A DNA stretch of 41,119 nucleotides from Candidatus Asbonarchaeum danakilense. GTDB lineage: Archaea > Nanohalarchaeota > Nanosalinia > Nanosalinales > Nanoanaerosalinaceae. Position 1 is the stretch's first letter. Each line of letters opens with the position of its first letter. Positions 9,444 to 18,885 of the stretch are shown one piece after another. Under the pieces are notes generated by a model. The model was not told the DNA's origin. It made no database searches and saw only the letters and a list, made by a program, of their open reading frames with translations. The DNA lies in NCBI GenBank assembly GCA_034190465.1, contig JAXINV010000021.1, positions 1-41,119 of the forward strand, read 5' to 3'. The position numbers and the translations under genes are program-made.

Positions 9444-9977
9444 ATGTCTGATGAAGTGGAGCTCCCCCATGACGAGGATTCTGAAGAATACGAAATCATC
9501 CCAATGGGGCCGGTGAGGAAATTGGAAAAAAGGATAGACGAACTCGAGCAGCAGAAGAGCGCTGGCGGCCCGCAGGGAGACTATGTCCGCGACATCCTGG
9601 ACATCATGAAGGCCAACCAGAAAATCGTCAACGACATGGTCGAATCCACCAGCCAGCTCCAGAACTCGATCGAGGACCTCACCCACAAGATGGACAGCGT
9701 CCTCGACAACATGAACGAATTCATGAACCTGCTGCAGGAAGCCTCCGAGGCCTCACTGGAGGAAGATGTCTCCACCGACATCAGCCAGAACCTCGTCCAG
9801 CCCCTCACCGACAGCATGCAGGACATCCGTGAGACCAACGAGAAGATGCTCGAAGGGCTTGGCAAGATCGACGAGAGCCTCAACAACCTGGACAAGCGTA
9901 TGAAGCGTATATACGCTTCCCAGCGCTCTGGTAGAGGGAGTAGCGGAGGCAACCGACAGCGCCAGGGAAGAGGTTGA
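9444..9977 (+). CDS. coiled-coil protein at the head of the pilus locus
   Basis: Heptad-rich helical sequence; TTATTTATA upstream; ends 7 nt before the first pilin. Confidence 0.75.
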   Translation: MSDEVELPHDEDSEEYEIIPMGPVRKLEKRIDELEQQKSAGGPQGDYVRDILDIMKANQKIVNDMVESTSQLQNSIEDLTHKMDSVLDNMNEFMNLLQEASEASLEEDVSTDISQNLVQPLTDSMQDIRETNEKMLEGLGKIDESLNNLDKRMKRIYASQRSGRGSSGGNRQRQGRG

Positions 9978-9984
9978 TACAGAC

Positions 9985-10509
9985 ATGGCAGTGAGCCATC
10001 GAAAAGCTATTACACCAGTTATCGCAGTCGTCCTCCTCCTCATGATGACAGTCGCAGCAGCCGGAGGAGCATACGCCTGGCTCACACAACTCCAAAACCA
10101 ATTCCAGCAGCGCACTCAGGAGAACATCGAACGTGGTATCGACATCGTTAGCCTGGACTGCTACAACGATGGCGGTACAGGCTACGTCGAGGTCTTCTTC
10201 AAGAACTCCGGCACCAAGGCGCTCGACCTCAACCCCATCGACATGAACATCAGGCTCGCCGCGACGAGCAGTATCAACTACAGCCTCACCCGGACAGGGC
10301 TCAAGCTCAGCGATATCGGTGGCCTGGGCAGAGGCATCACATTCATCGAGGGGAGTAACGACTTTGCGAGCCCCCGTGCCTCAGCGCCGTACAAGATCAA
10401 CACGTTCAGCAGGTTCAAGCTCGGCACGCGGTACAAGATCAACTTCATATTCACCGACGAAGACAGTACCACCAAGTCCGGCTCATGTCAGGCAGACCGC
10501 CGGACCTGA
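9985..10509 (+). CDS. archaeal type IV pilin
   Basis: Class III signal peptide RKA|ITPVIAVVLLLMMTVAAAG. Confidence 0.9.
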   Translation: MAVSHRKAITPVIAVVLLLMMTVAAAGGAYAWLTQLQNQFQQRTQENIERGIDIVSLDCYNDGGTGYVEVFFKNSGTKALDLNPIDMNIRLAATSSINYSLTRTGLKLSDIGGLGRGITFIEGSNDFASPRASAPYKINTFSRFKLGTRYKINFIFTDEDSTTKSGSCQADRRT

Positions 10510-10681
10510 ACAGCTATAGAAACATTTTAATGCCATCCCTCCCGATAACTATCCAAGGTCAATGGATCGAAAGGGAATCACACCAGTTATCGCAGTCGTC
10601 CTCCTCCTCATGATGACAGTCGCAGCAGCCGGAGGAGCATACGCCTGGCTCACACAACTCCAAAACCAATTCCAGCAGCGC
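10012..10681 (+). repeat. 102-bp identical direct repeat in two pilin genes (10012-10113 and 10580-10681)
   Basis: ACACCAGTTATCGCAGTC...CAATTCCAGCAGCGC is identical, including third codon positions. Confidence 0.9.
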
Positions 10682-11071
10682 GCTCAGGAAGACGTGCAGC
10701 GAGGGATAAGCCTGAACGACCTTACATGCTACAATAAAGGGGGACAGGCACATGTTGTCGCATTCTTCAAGAACTCCGGCACCACTGAACTCGACCTCAA
10801 CCCCGTCGACATGAACGCACGGTACGCCGCGACCGGTAACATCAACTACAGCCTCACAACGACAGGCATGAGCTTCACACAGGGCAGACTGAGTCAAGGG
10901 GTTGTGTTCAGGACAGGGAACAGCGACTTCTCCCAGCCGCGTTCATCCGCCGCCTACCGCATCGACCTGGATTCGCAGTTCGAAATCGGACGGCGGTACA
11001 AAATGGAGTTCGTCTTCACCGACGAAGACGGCACCACCAAGTCCCAGACCTGTCAGGCGCAGCAGCGGTGA
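10562..11071 (+). CDS. archaeal type IV pilin (paralog)
   Basis: RKG|ITPVIAVVLLLMMTVAAAG; paralogous to the previous gene. Confidence 0.9.
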   Translation: MDRKGITPVIAVVLLLMMTVAAAGGAYAWLTQLQNQFQQRAQEDVQRGISLNDLTCYNKGGQAHVVAFFKNSGTTELDLNPVDMNARYAATGNINYSLTTTGMSFTQGRLSQGVVFRTGNSDFSQPRSSAAYRIDLDSQFEIGRRYKMEFVFTDEDGTTKSQTCQAQQR

Positions 11072-11167
11072 CGTCAAGGTAGGACCGAGCATCTTCACAC
11101 GTCATACCGGCCGCTCCTGTCAAAACTTTTTATTCGGCGACCTCCATTGTGTAGACGTGGATTCATC

Positions 11168-11818
11168 ATGGTCACCCTGAACAAAGGACAGTCCCAGGTC
11201 GTCACCGCGGTCCTTCTCGGCGGGATCCTCATCGTCGGAATCTCCTCCGCCTACACCTGGGGCGTACCGCTCCTCCAGAAGAACAAAGATGTCAACAAAC
11301 TGCAGAACACCGTTTCAACGTTCAAAAAACTCGAACAGGAGATAGAATCCGTCGCACAGCGTGGCGGCACCGGGCAGATCAGGTTCAAGGTGGGCAGTGG
11401 CTTCCTCCGGGTGTCAGCCGAGAACAACACGATCATCTACACAGTCACCACCAACGCCGCCTACGTCGCCACCGGGGAATGGGTCCCGCTCAACGAGAAC
11501 GACCTGGCTGGCATCGCGGTCGCCGGACGGGGTGAAGGATACGGCATCCGGAACCAAGACAAGCCAGGCGTTCTCATAGCGAACGCCGATTACCAGGGCG
11601 ACAACTACCAGACCACCTTCAAGCTCGTCTTCCGCGAACTCCAGAGCCTCAGCTCCAACAAAGGCTACATCATCGACCTCGTCGGCAGCGGCAACCTGGA
11701 GGCTTCCGGTGGCACACACCAGATTATCGTCCAGCAAGGCGACGAAGTAATCGAACAGGGTGCATCAGCGACAAACGGCCCGCTCCAGAAGCAGCGCATC
11801 AAGATCAGGATCAACTAG
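11168..11818 (+). CDS. minor pilin-like protein
   Basis: KG|QSQVVTAVLLGGILIV class III signal. Confidence 0.8.
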   Translation: MVTLNKGQSQVVTAVLLGGILIVGISSAYTWGVPLLQKNKDVNKLQNTVSTFKKLEQEIESVAQRGGTGQIRFKVGSGFLRVSAENNTIIYTVTTNAAYVATGEWVPLNENDLAGIAVAGRGEGYGIRNQDKPGVLIANADYQGDNYQTTFKLVFRELQSLSSNKGYIIDLVGSGNLEASGGTHQIIVQQGDEVIEQGASATNGPLQKQRIKIRIN

Positions 11819-11822
11819 CGGG

Positions 11823-12248
11823 ATGAACTTTACAACCCGGAAAGGACAGTACGCCGTCGTCGAACAAGTCATCCTCTTCGCCCTCGGCGTCGCCATCCTC
11901 TCAGGGTTTCTCACCGCGTTCAACGGATTCAGCCGGGACGTGAAAAGCGACGCCATCCAGGAACAGTCGGCACTCATGGCCCAGGTCGTTGCATCGCACA
12001 CGGCACACCTGGTCAGCACCCATGCCAACGGAGAGCTCTCCTTCAGCATCCCCGACTCCCTCGCAGGGGAGAACTATATAATCAACTTCACAGACGGGGG
12101 GGTTGCAGTCATCGTCGGGGACACCAGCCACCTCTCCACCATCTACGGCATCACCGAAACATACCGGCTGAGAGGCAGCGTCTCAAGCGAGTACGAGACA
12201 GCGGTTATAAGTATCGAACAAGACACAATAAAGATAGGGAGTCCCTGA
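11823..12248 (+). CDS. minor pilin-like protein
   Basis: RKG|QYAVVEQVILFALG class III signal. Confidence 0.8.
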   Translation: MNFTTRKGQYAVVEQVILFALGVAILSGFLTAFNGFSRDVKSDAIQEQSALMAQVVASHTAHLVSTHANGELSFSIPDSLAGENYIINFTDGGVAVIVGDTSHLSTIYGITETYRLRGSVSSEYETAVISIEQDTIKIGSP

Positions 12249-14047
12249 TGGCCCTCGACTTCGCAAAACTTGCACGGCGACTGCGGAAAGCACGGGAAAA
12301 GAAAAGGCAAGAGAAGGAGGAAGAACTCCAGCGACAGTTCCCCGAAAAAATCGAGGTCGAGGGAACAGGCACCGTCCCGGCCCAGCAACAGGAACAGGAA
12401 GAAGAGGAGGAGAAAGACGAGGAAGCAGAACTGGTCGAAGGCGACGAAGAACGTATCAGCCTCAGGCCCAGCTTCAGCGAGGACGAGGCCACAAGCTGGA
12501 TGGAGGAGAGCGAGGAGGAAGAAGACCTCGAAGAGGACCAGGCCGAGGACGTCTCCATGCAGTACCCGTTGATCCCCTCCGCGCCCAGCCAGGACGAACG
12601 TGTCTTTGCCTGGGTCGACATCCAGTACCATTCCAACGAGGACGAACTCATCTACCGGCTGCACGAACCTGACCTCACACAGCGGATGGAGGAGGTCCTG
12701 GACGAGGTCGAGAACCAGCTCAAGGAACAGATCGACGTCGACTTCGGCCAGCTGAAACAGGAGGAGGCCAAGAACTACATGGAGGACCATGTTCAGGACA
12801 TCCTCGAAAGCCACAGCTTCGGCCTGTCAGAGGACGAAAAAGAGGTCATCCAGTACTATGCCTACCGTAACTTCGTCGGTCTCGGCAAGGTCGAGGCGTT
12901 GATGCGGGACAGCCAGATCGAGGACATCTCCTGCGACGGCGTCGGCATCCCGATCTACGTCTACCACCGCAACCCAAAAATCGGGTCCGTCAAGACCAAT
13001 GTTATCTTCGATGACGACGAACAACTCGACGCATTCGTCAGGAAGCTCGCACAGCGGTGTGGACGGTCCATCTCCATGGCCGAACCACTGCTCGACGGCT
13101 CACTGCCAGACGGTTCACGTGTCCAGGCCACGCTGGGCACCGACATCGCACGGAAGGGCACCAACTTCACCATCCGCCGGTTCACCGAGGAACCGCTCAC
13201 ACCCGTCCACCTCATGGACTACGGCACCCTTGACTCCCAGATGCTCGCCTACCTGTGGATGGCCGTCGAACACGGCAAATCCATCCTCATCGCCGGTGCC
13301 ACCGCCGCCGGTAAGACTACATTGCTCAACTCCATCTCACTGTTCATCCGGCCCGAGCTCAAGATCGTGTCCATCGAGGACACGCCCGAGCTGCGGCTCC
13401 CGCACCCGAACTGGGTTCCGGAGACTGCTCGTGAAGGTTTCGGGTTCGGTGAGGACCAGACCGGCAGCGTCAGCCTGGACGACCTGCTCAAGGAATCCCT
13501 GCGGCAGCGTCCCGATTACATCATCGTCGGCGAGGTCCGTGGCGAGGAGGCGTACATCCTCTTCCAGCAGATCGCCACCGGCCACCCTGGCATGTCCACC
13601 CTGCACGCCTCCAGCATGGAGAAGGTCATGGACCGTCTCACCACCAAGCCGATCGACCTCCCGCCGTCCCTGATCGAGAACCTGGACATCATCGTCTTCG
13701 CCAAACGGGCCAGGCGTCAGGGCAGCTACGTCAGGCGTGCGGACAGCATCTACGAGTTCGAAGGTTACAACAAAGAGAAGAACGAACCCATGGTCAACCA
13801 GCTGTTCAAATGGGATGCCAGCAGCGATGACTTCGATAATCCAAGCGACTCCTCCATCCTTGCAGAGATCGCCGAAGAACAGGGTATCGATATCCGGGAG
13901 GTACAGGAGGAGATGACCCGGCGGAAACAGATCCTGGAATGGATGCATGAACAGGACATCACTCATTACAAGGACGTCGGCCGTATCATCCAGACATACT
14001 ACCACTACCCCAACCAAATCATGGACCGGGTCGAGGCAGAGTACTAG
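12248..14047 (+). CDS. type IV pilus assembly ATPase (VirB11/TadA/FlaI family)
   Basis: IEDISCDG, Walker A GATAAGKTT, SIEDTPEL, LRQRPDYIIVGEVRG and TGH..STLHA. Confidence 0.95.
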   Translation: MALDFAKLARRLRKAREKKRQEKEEELQRQFPEKIEVEGTGTVPAQQQEQEEEEEKDEEAELVEGDEERISLRPSFSEDEATSWMEESEEEEDLEEDQAEDVSMQYPLIPSAPSQDERVFAWVDIQYHSNEDELIYRLHEPDLTQRMEEVLDEVENQLKEQIDVDFGQLKQEEAKNYMEDHVQDILESHSFGLSEDEKEVIQYYAYRNFVGLGKVEALMRDSQIEDISCDGVGIPIYVYHRNPKIGSVKTNVIFDDDEQLDAFVRKLAQRCGRSISMAEPLLDGSLPDGSRVQATLGTDIARKGTNFTIRRFTEEPLTPVHLMDYGTLDSQMLAYLWMAVEHGKSILIAGATAAGKTTLLNSISLFIRPELKIVSIEDTPELRLPHPNWVPETAREGFGFGEDQTGSVSLDDLLKESLRQRPDYIIVGEVRGEEAYILFQQIATGHPGMSTLHASSMEKVMDRLTTKPIDLPPSLIENLDIIVFAKRARRQGSYVRRADSIYEFEGYNKEKNEPMVNQLFKWDASSDDFDNPSDSSILAEIAEEQGIDIREVQEEMTRRKQILEWMHEQDITHYKDVGRIIQTYYHYPNQIMDRVEAEY

Positions 14048-14061
14048 GAGGGTTCCCCTAA

Positions 14062-14946
14062 ATGGCCACACAAAGCTGGTACGTCGAACAGGCAGATAGC
14101 TACTTCAGCAGGTACGCCCTCCTGATCAACGACTACTTCCAGGACATCAAAGAGGATCTGAAAAAGGCCGACATGTCGTTCACACTGACAGAGTACCTCA
14201 GCACTGCACTGATGTCCTCCACAATCGCGTTCATCTTCGTCACTCCTCTCATCTCCATCTTCGTCGGCCTGGCGCTCGGCTCCACCTCCGGCATCATCGC
14301 AGGATTGATCGCCGGTCTTTTCATCGGCATGTTCCTCGCCGTGGGCATCTTCATGGGGTTCTACGTCTACCCGTCCGTCAAGGTTTCAAAGCGGCGGGAC
14401 GACATCAACCACAACCTCCCCTTCGCCACCATGTACCTCTCCACCGTCGCAGGGTCCGGCACACCGCCGGCAGCGATGTTCAAGCTACTCGGCCAGTTCG
14501 ACGAATACGGCGAAGTGTCCAAGGAATCCCGGAAGATCGCCCGGGACGTCTACACGTTCGGCGCCGACCTCGACGAAGCATTGACCAACGCCGCCAAGCG
14601 GACCCCCTCTGAGAAGTTCAAAGAACTTCTCTGGGGACTCAATTCCGTAATAACGACCGGGGGCGACCTGAAAAGCTTCCTGCAGCAAAAGAGCGATGCC
14701 TACATGGACGACTACAGGCGTGAGCTGGACAAGTTCACCGACACCCTGTCCCTGATGGTCGAGATGTACATCACCGTCGTCATCGTCGGCTCCGTCTTCC
14801 TCATGATCATCTCGACGATCATGTCCGCGCTCGGTTCCAGCAGGACACTGGTGCTCGGCATCCAGATGGCGACCGTCGTCTTCCTTTTACCGATGGCGGC
14901 GATCGCGTTCATCCTTATCGTCAAGTCGACCTCCCCACTCGAGTGA
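14062..14946 (+). CDS. pilus membrane platform protein (TadC/GspF-like)
   Basis: I..NLPFA..Y......SG, YGEVSKE, A.RTPS..F; multiple TM helices. Confidence 0.9.
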   Translation: MATQSWYVEQADSYFSRYALLINDYFQDIKEDLKKADMSFTLTEYLSTALMSSTIAFIFVTPLISIFVGLALGSTSGIIAGLIAGLFIGMFLAVGIFMGFYVYPSVKVSKRRDDINHNLPFATMYLSTVAGSGTPPAAMFKLLGQFDEYGEVSKESRKIARDVYTFGADLDEALTNAAKRTPSEKFKELLWGLNSVITTGGDLKSFLQQKSDAYMDDYRRELDKFTDTLSLMVEMYITVVIVGSVFLMIISTIMSALGSSRTLVLGIQMATVVFLLPMAAIAFILIVKSTSPLE

Positions 14947-14989
14947 CCAACTGGTTTAAGCACAGCACGCACATACAAGAGGCAGAAAC

Positions 14990-15907
14990 ATGGGCTACCT
15001 CGACAACCTCACCAAACAGGAGAAAGTGGAATACGCCTCCTTCGGGTCAGGCGCCATCATCCTGCTTATCGCCATCATCACATTCATCAGCGGCACCAAA
15101 GGCATCGGCGGTGCACTGTTCCTCGCCGGACTCGGCGTCGCGTTCCTCCCCTACGGCATCTACTCCTACCTTAGAAACAAGAAGTACCAGGCCATGGAGC
15201 GGGAGTTCCCCGGTTTCCTCCGCAACCTCTCCGAATCCAGAAAATCAGGGATGTCACTGCCCAAGGCGTTCCAGAACGCAGCCAAGACCGACTACGGCCG
15301 CCTCAACGACGACGTCAGGAAGGCAGCCGACCAGCTGTCCTGGGGCATCCCGTTCCCCGAGGTCATGGAACGGTTCCAGACACGGATGGGCGGATCAGGC
15401 CTCATCAAGCGCTCGATCTCCATCATCATGCAGTCGTACGAAGCCGGTGGCGACATCGCCGAGACGATGGACTCCATCGCCCAGGACGCCTCCAAGATCA
15501 AAGAAGCGGAAAAGGAGCGGAAGGCGGTGCTCCAGCAGCAGGTGTTCATCATCTACGCCATCTACTTCCTGTTCGTCGGTATCCTGATCGCGCTGTACTA
15601 CATCCTCGTCCCGTTACTGGACATCAGCGGCGGCGGATTCATCGGCACACCGCCGAACTTCTGTCGGTCCGGTGCGGAGGCGATCTGCAGTCTGTGTCCT
15701 GTGCTCGGCCTCCATCCCGACCCGAACGCCAAGCTCTGCTACTACAAGTCGATCTTCCTCCTGATGCTGATTGTCGAGGGCGTTTTCAACGGGCTCGTCG
15801 CCGGTGAGATCGGTTCCGGCAAGGTCTCAGCCGGACTCAAACACGTCATGCTGATGGCGCCCGCCGGCTTCATCATCTACGTCGGCGTCCTCACCATCAT
15901 GGGGTGA
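14990..15907 (+). CDS. second pilus membrane platform protein (TadB/TadC-like)
   Basis: EREFPGFLRNL......SGMSL, DYG.L, SWGIPF, GLVAG..GSG...AGLKH. Confidence 0.9.
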   Translation: MGYLDNLTKQEKVEYASFGSGAIILLIAIITFISGTKGIGGALFLAGLGVAFLPYGIYSYLRNKKYQAMEREFPGFLRNLSESRKSGMSLPKAFQNAAKTDYGRLNDDVRKAADQLSWGIPFPEVMERFQTRMGGSGLIKRSISIIMQSYEAGGDIAETMDSIAQDASKIKEAEKERKAVLQQQVFIIYAIYFLFVGILIALYYILVPLLDISGGGFIGTPPNFCRSGAEAICSLCPVLGLHPDPNAKLCYYKSIFLLMLIVEGVFNGLVAGEIGSGKVSAGLKHVMLMAPAGFIIYVGVLTIMG

Positions 15908-15913
15908 TCACCG

Positions 15914-16738
15914 GTGAAGGGGCAGATCTCTATCGAGTACACCGCAGGAGCCCTGCTGTTCTTCTCCGCCATCCTCTTCGTCGTCTCGGGCGTCCTCGGC
16001 ACGCTACCCCGTTTCACCGACACCATCGACGAGAACAGCATCGAGACCGAGGCATGGACCCTCTCAACACTCCTCATCTCGACACAGGGACGCTGGGAGA
16101 GCGGCCCCCGGAGCGGCACACAGTGGCAGCAGCACACCGGCAACATCAGCCGGGTCGGGCTTCTCGGACAGGACGGTAGCCTGGAACGCGAAAAGATACG
16201 GGCCTTCGTCTCCCTGCGGTACGAACGCCTCAAGGTCCTGTTGAAGACAGGGAAGGACCTCAACATCGAGTTCACAGAATTCGTCGTGGCTGACACCTCG
16301 CAATCGTTCACCAAGCCCACCGCCACAGGCGACATCGGCACAGTACTCACACAGCCCGACAGCCAGGCGTACCAGGACGCCAACGCCACCGTACATTACG
16401 GCACCGTCACACTCAACGGTGATGAACGCCACTTCCTCGTCACAGCACATCAGGGCGTGTACGACACCATCTACATCAGCCAGGACTGGAACTTCACAGA
16501 CGCCATCCGGCTCGGTCCCAACGGCAACCGGGTCCTCAGCTTCAACGGCCGCCGGTACAGGATACAGACGTCAGAATCCGGGATCTTCCAGAGCAACGGC
16601 CAGACAGTCATCTTCAGCAGGCCGATGGGCCGTGTCGGGCGACGGACCCCGACGGCAGAACCCCAGATCATCAACGTCAGACGGTTCGCAAGCATGGACG
16701 GCAAACCCGTCAGGATCGACATGGAGATATGGGAATGA
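15914..16738 (+). CDS. pilin-like protein
   Basis: KG|QISIEY class III signal; GGTGA SD-like sequence before the GTG. Confidence 0.8.
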   Translation: MKGQISIEYTAGALLFFSAILFVVSGVLGTLPRFTDTIDENSIETEAWTLSTLLISTQGRWESGPRSGTQWQQHTGNISRVGLLGQDGSLEREKIRAFVSLRYERLKVLLKTGKDLNIEFTEFVVADTSQSFTKPTATGDIGTVLTQPDSQAYQDANATVHYGTVTLNGDERHFLVTAHQGVYDTIYISQDWNFTDAIRLGPNGNRVLSFNGRRYRIQTSESGIFQSNGQTVIFSRPMGRVGRRTPTAEPQIINVRRFASMDGKPVRIDMEIWE

Positions 16739-18885
16739 TGCGGAAAGGATACATGCACGCCATCGAAGGCGTCATCGCCAGCATGCTCGTCCTCCTCTAC
16801 CTCAGCACCATCATCTCCGCACCGCAGCCCACGGACTGGCGTGAGACCTCGCTCACCAAGCGGGCCGGTGACGTGCTCCGCACCTTGACCGAGAGCGGGA
16901 TCATGCAGCGCGCCCTGCTGGACAACGACCCCGGCGTCATCTCAGCCGTGACCGACGCGCTCGGCACCGGTATGGAGTACACGATGTACATCAGCGGGCT
17001 GCCGCGGCAGCAGCTGGACATCGGGATACTGATGAACGCCTCGGAGATCGTCCGGGTCGGCAGCCAGCCTGGTGGCGGTGGCAGCGGGCTTCCCGGGACC
17101 GAAGGCGACTACCGGTCCGGCACCGTCCTCGGCGTCGAGTTCATCCTCTCCGACAACGCCTCCAACGACATCACGCGGTACACGTCCGTCAACTTCGACT
17201 TCAACGACAACGGCCGGTACAACGAGACCATCGGCAGCATGGACGAAGGTCCGCACAACTTTGGTGACCTCATCGCCTGGTGCCCCGGCGGGACCTGCAG
17301 CGGGCAGCAATACCAGGTCGGCTACATCAACGAGACGCTCACCCTGTACAACCTGTCCAGCTACCGCTGGTTCAACCAGACGGTCAACGATATCCGTGTC
17401 AGCCGGTTCGACATCACCTCGACCCTCACCGCGACAGAGGTATTCACTGCAATCCATCGGCCGTTCAGCTCGTTCAGCCGCAGCGGCGGCTTCTACGAGA
17501 CCACGGCCCAGGTCAAGGACTTCCAGGTCGGAATCCGGGTCGGGACCGACAACGAGACGCTGTACATCAACGAGTCAGGCGGGTTCGAAGGTCCGTACAG
17601 TCAGGGCGACGAGATCGAGATGCTCGGCCAGTTCTTCGAGCTCACCAGCGTCATGCCGGTCAACGCCACACCGACAGGCCGCATCGATCCCGGCATCCTG
17701 TTCACGACCAACGCTCCTTCCCTCCTCGATACGTACAGGGACGCGCTGGAGGACTACCTGACCAACGGCAACACCCTCCTTGAGATGGCCGACTTCACCG
17801 GCTACGACACAGCGCAGTTCGACGGAAGCTTCCACGACCGTGTCGGGTTCGACTGGATCAGCTACCCGCTCATCCGTACCGGTCCCTCCTACAACACGTT
17901 CTTCGACGGCCAGGCGGGCACCGCGTCCTCCATCGCCAAGAGCTACTTCCGCGCCGCCACAATCGACGTGCCACAGGAAAGATACGTGGTCCAAACCGGT
18001 ACAGGCCCCGACTACGCCGTGACCAACGCCTCGATCCGGGGTACGGAGTACATCGTCAACGCGTCGCTGGACGCCGACACCGTCACGTTCAAGCGCGGCG
18101 GGTTCAGCGCGACCTACACCGCTGGCCAGCGCGTCGAGCTCGAAGGCAACCTGTTCCAAGTCATGGACACCTACCCGCTCCGTATGCGGACCTCTGACGC
18201 CTACCAGTTCGCCTCCATGCATCCCGGAAGGATCGTCGGCGGGCAGCCCGTGCTCCATGCCCCTGACTGGTCATGGAACGTCTCTGCTGCCAGCACCAAC
18301 GTCACAGGGCTCAGTACGAACGTCGATTTCGAGGGATGGCCGCAGACTGACTGCAGCCCCGCGCACCGCGGCAGGTTCTTCACCCTTGAAGGCACGACCT
18401 ACGCGGTCACCACGACCAACTTCCAACCCTGCGAACGGCAGTTCGAATACGTCAACTTCGACTTCAACCAGAACGGCCAAGTCGACGACAACAGCACCGT
18501 CACCGGTGAGGGCTACAGCGCCGAGGGCATCTTCCAGGAGGGAGAGATCGTCCAGATCGACGACCGGCAGTACCGGATCAGCATCGGCCGTGACGGTACC
18601 TGGGTCTACCTGAAGCGGGTCGCACCGCCGACCGTCCCGACAGCGATGTGGATCGAGGACGCGTACAACGGCAACGGCGACGTCTTCCTCACCGGCAGGA
18701 CGGACCTCGGCATCGACGGCGAGGCTTTCATCAAGGCCGTGATGGCGCGCGCAGCCATGAAACGCTACCGCTTCTCCAAGCCCAAGGTCATCGGCTCGCC
18801 CTCAAAAGGTGTCAGCTACACCAGCGACATCGAGGGAGCGGTCTACACCCCGTTCCAGGTCGAGAGCCTGTGGTGGTTCCAGTGA
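16735..18885 (+). CDS. large pilin-like / adhesin protein
   Basis: RKG|YMHAIEGVIASMLVLLYL; ATGA overlap; beta-rich with many NxS/T sequons. Confidence 0.8.
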   Translation: MMRKGYMHAIEGVIASMLVLLYLSTIISAPQPTDWRETSLTKRAGDVLRTLTESGIMQRALLDNDPGVISAVTDALGTGMEYTMYISGLPRQQLDIGILMNASEIVRVGSQPGGGGSGLPGTEGDYRSGTVLGVEFILSDNASNDITRYTSVNFDFNDNGRYNETIGSMDEGPHNFGDLIAWCPGGTCSGQQYQVGYINETLTLYNLSSYRWFNQTVNDIRVSRFDITSTLTATEVFTAIHRPFSSFSRSGGFYETTAQVKDFQVGIRVGTDNETLYINESGGFEGPYSQGDEIEMLGQFFELTSVMPVNATPTGRIDPGILFTTNAPSLLDTYRDALEDYLTNGNTLLEMADFTGYDTAQFDGSFHDRVGFDWISYPLIRTGPSYNTFFDGQAGTASSIAKSYFRAATIDVPQERYVVQTGTGPDYAVTNASIRGTEYIVNASLDADTVTFKRGGFSATYTAGQRVELEGNLFQVMDTYPLRMRTSDAYQFASMHPGRIVGGQPVLHAPDWSWNVSAASTNVTGLSTNVDFEGWPQTDCSPAHRGRFFTLEGTTYAVTTTNFQPCERQFEYVNFDFNQNGQVDDNSTVTGEGYSAEGIFQEGEIVQIDDRQYRISIGRDGTWVYLKRVAPPTVPTAMWIEDAYNGNGDVFLTGRTDLGIDGEAFIKAVMARAAMKRYRFSKPKVIGSPSKGVSYTSDIEGAVYTPFQVESLWWFQ

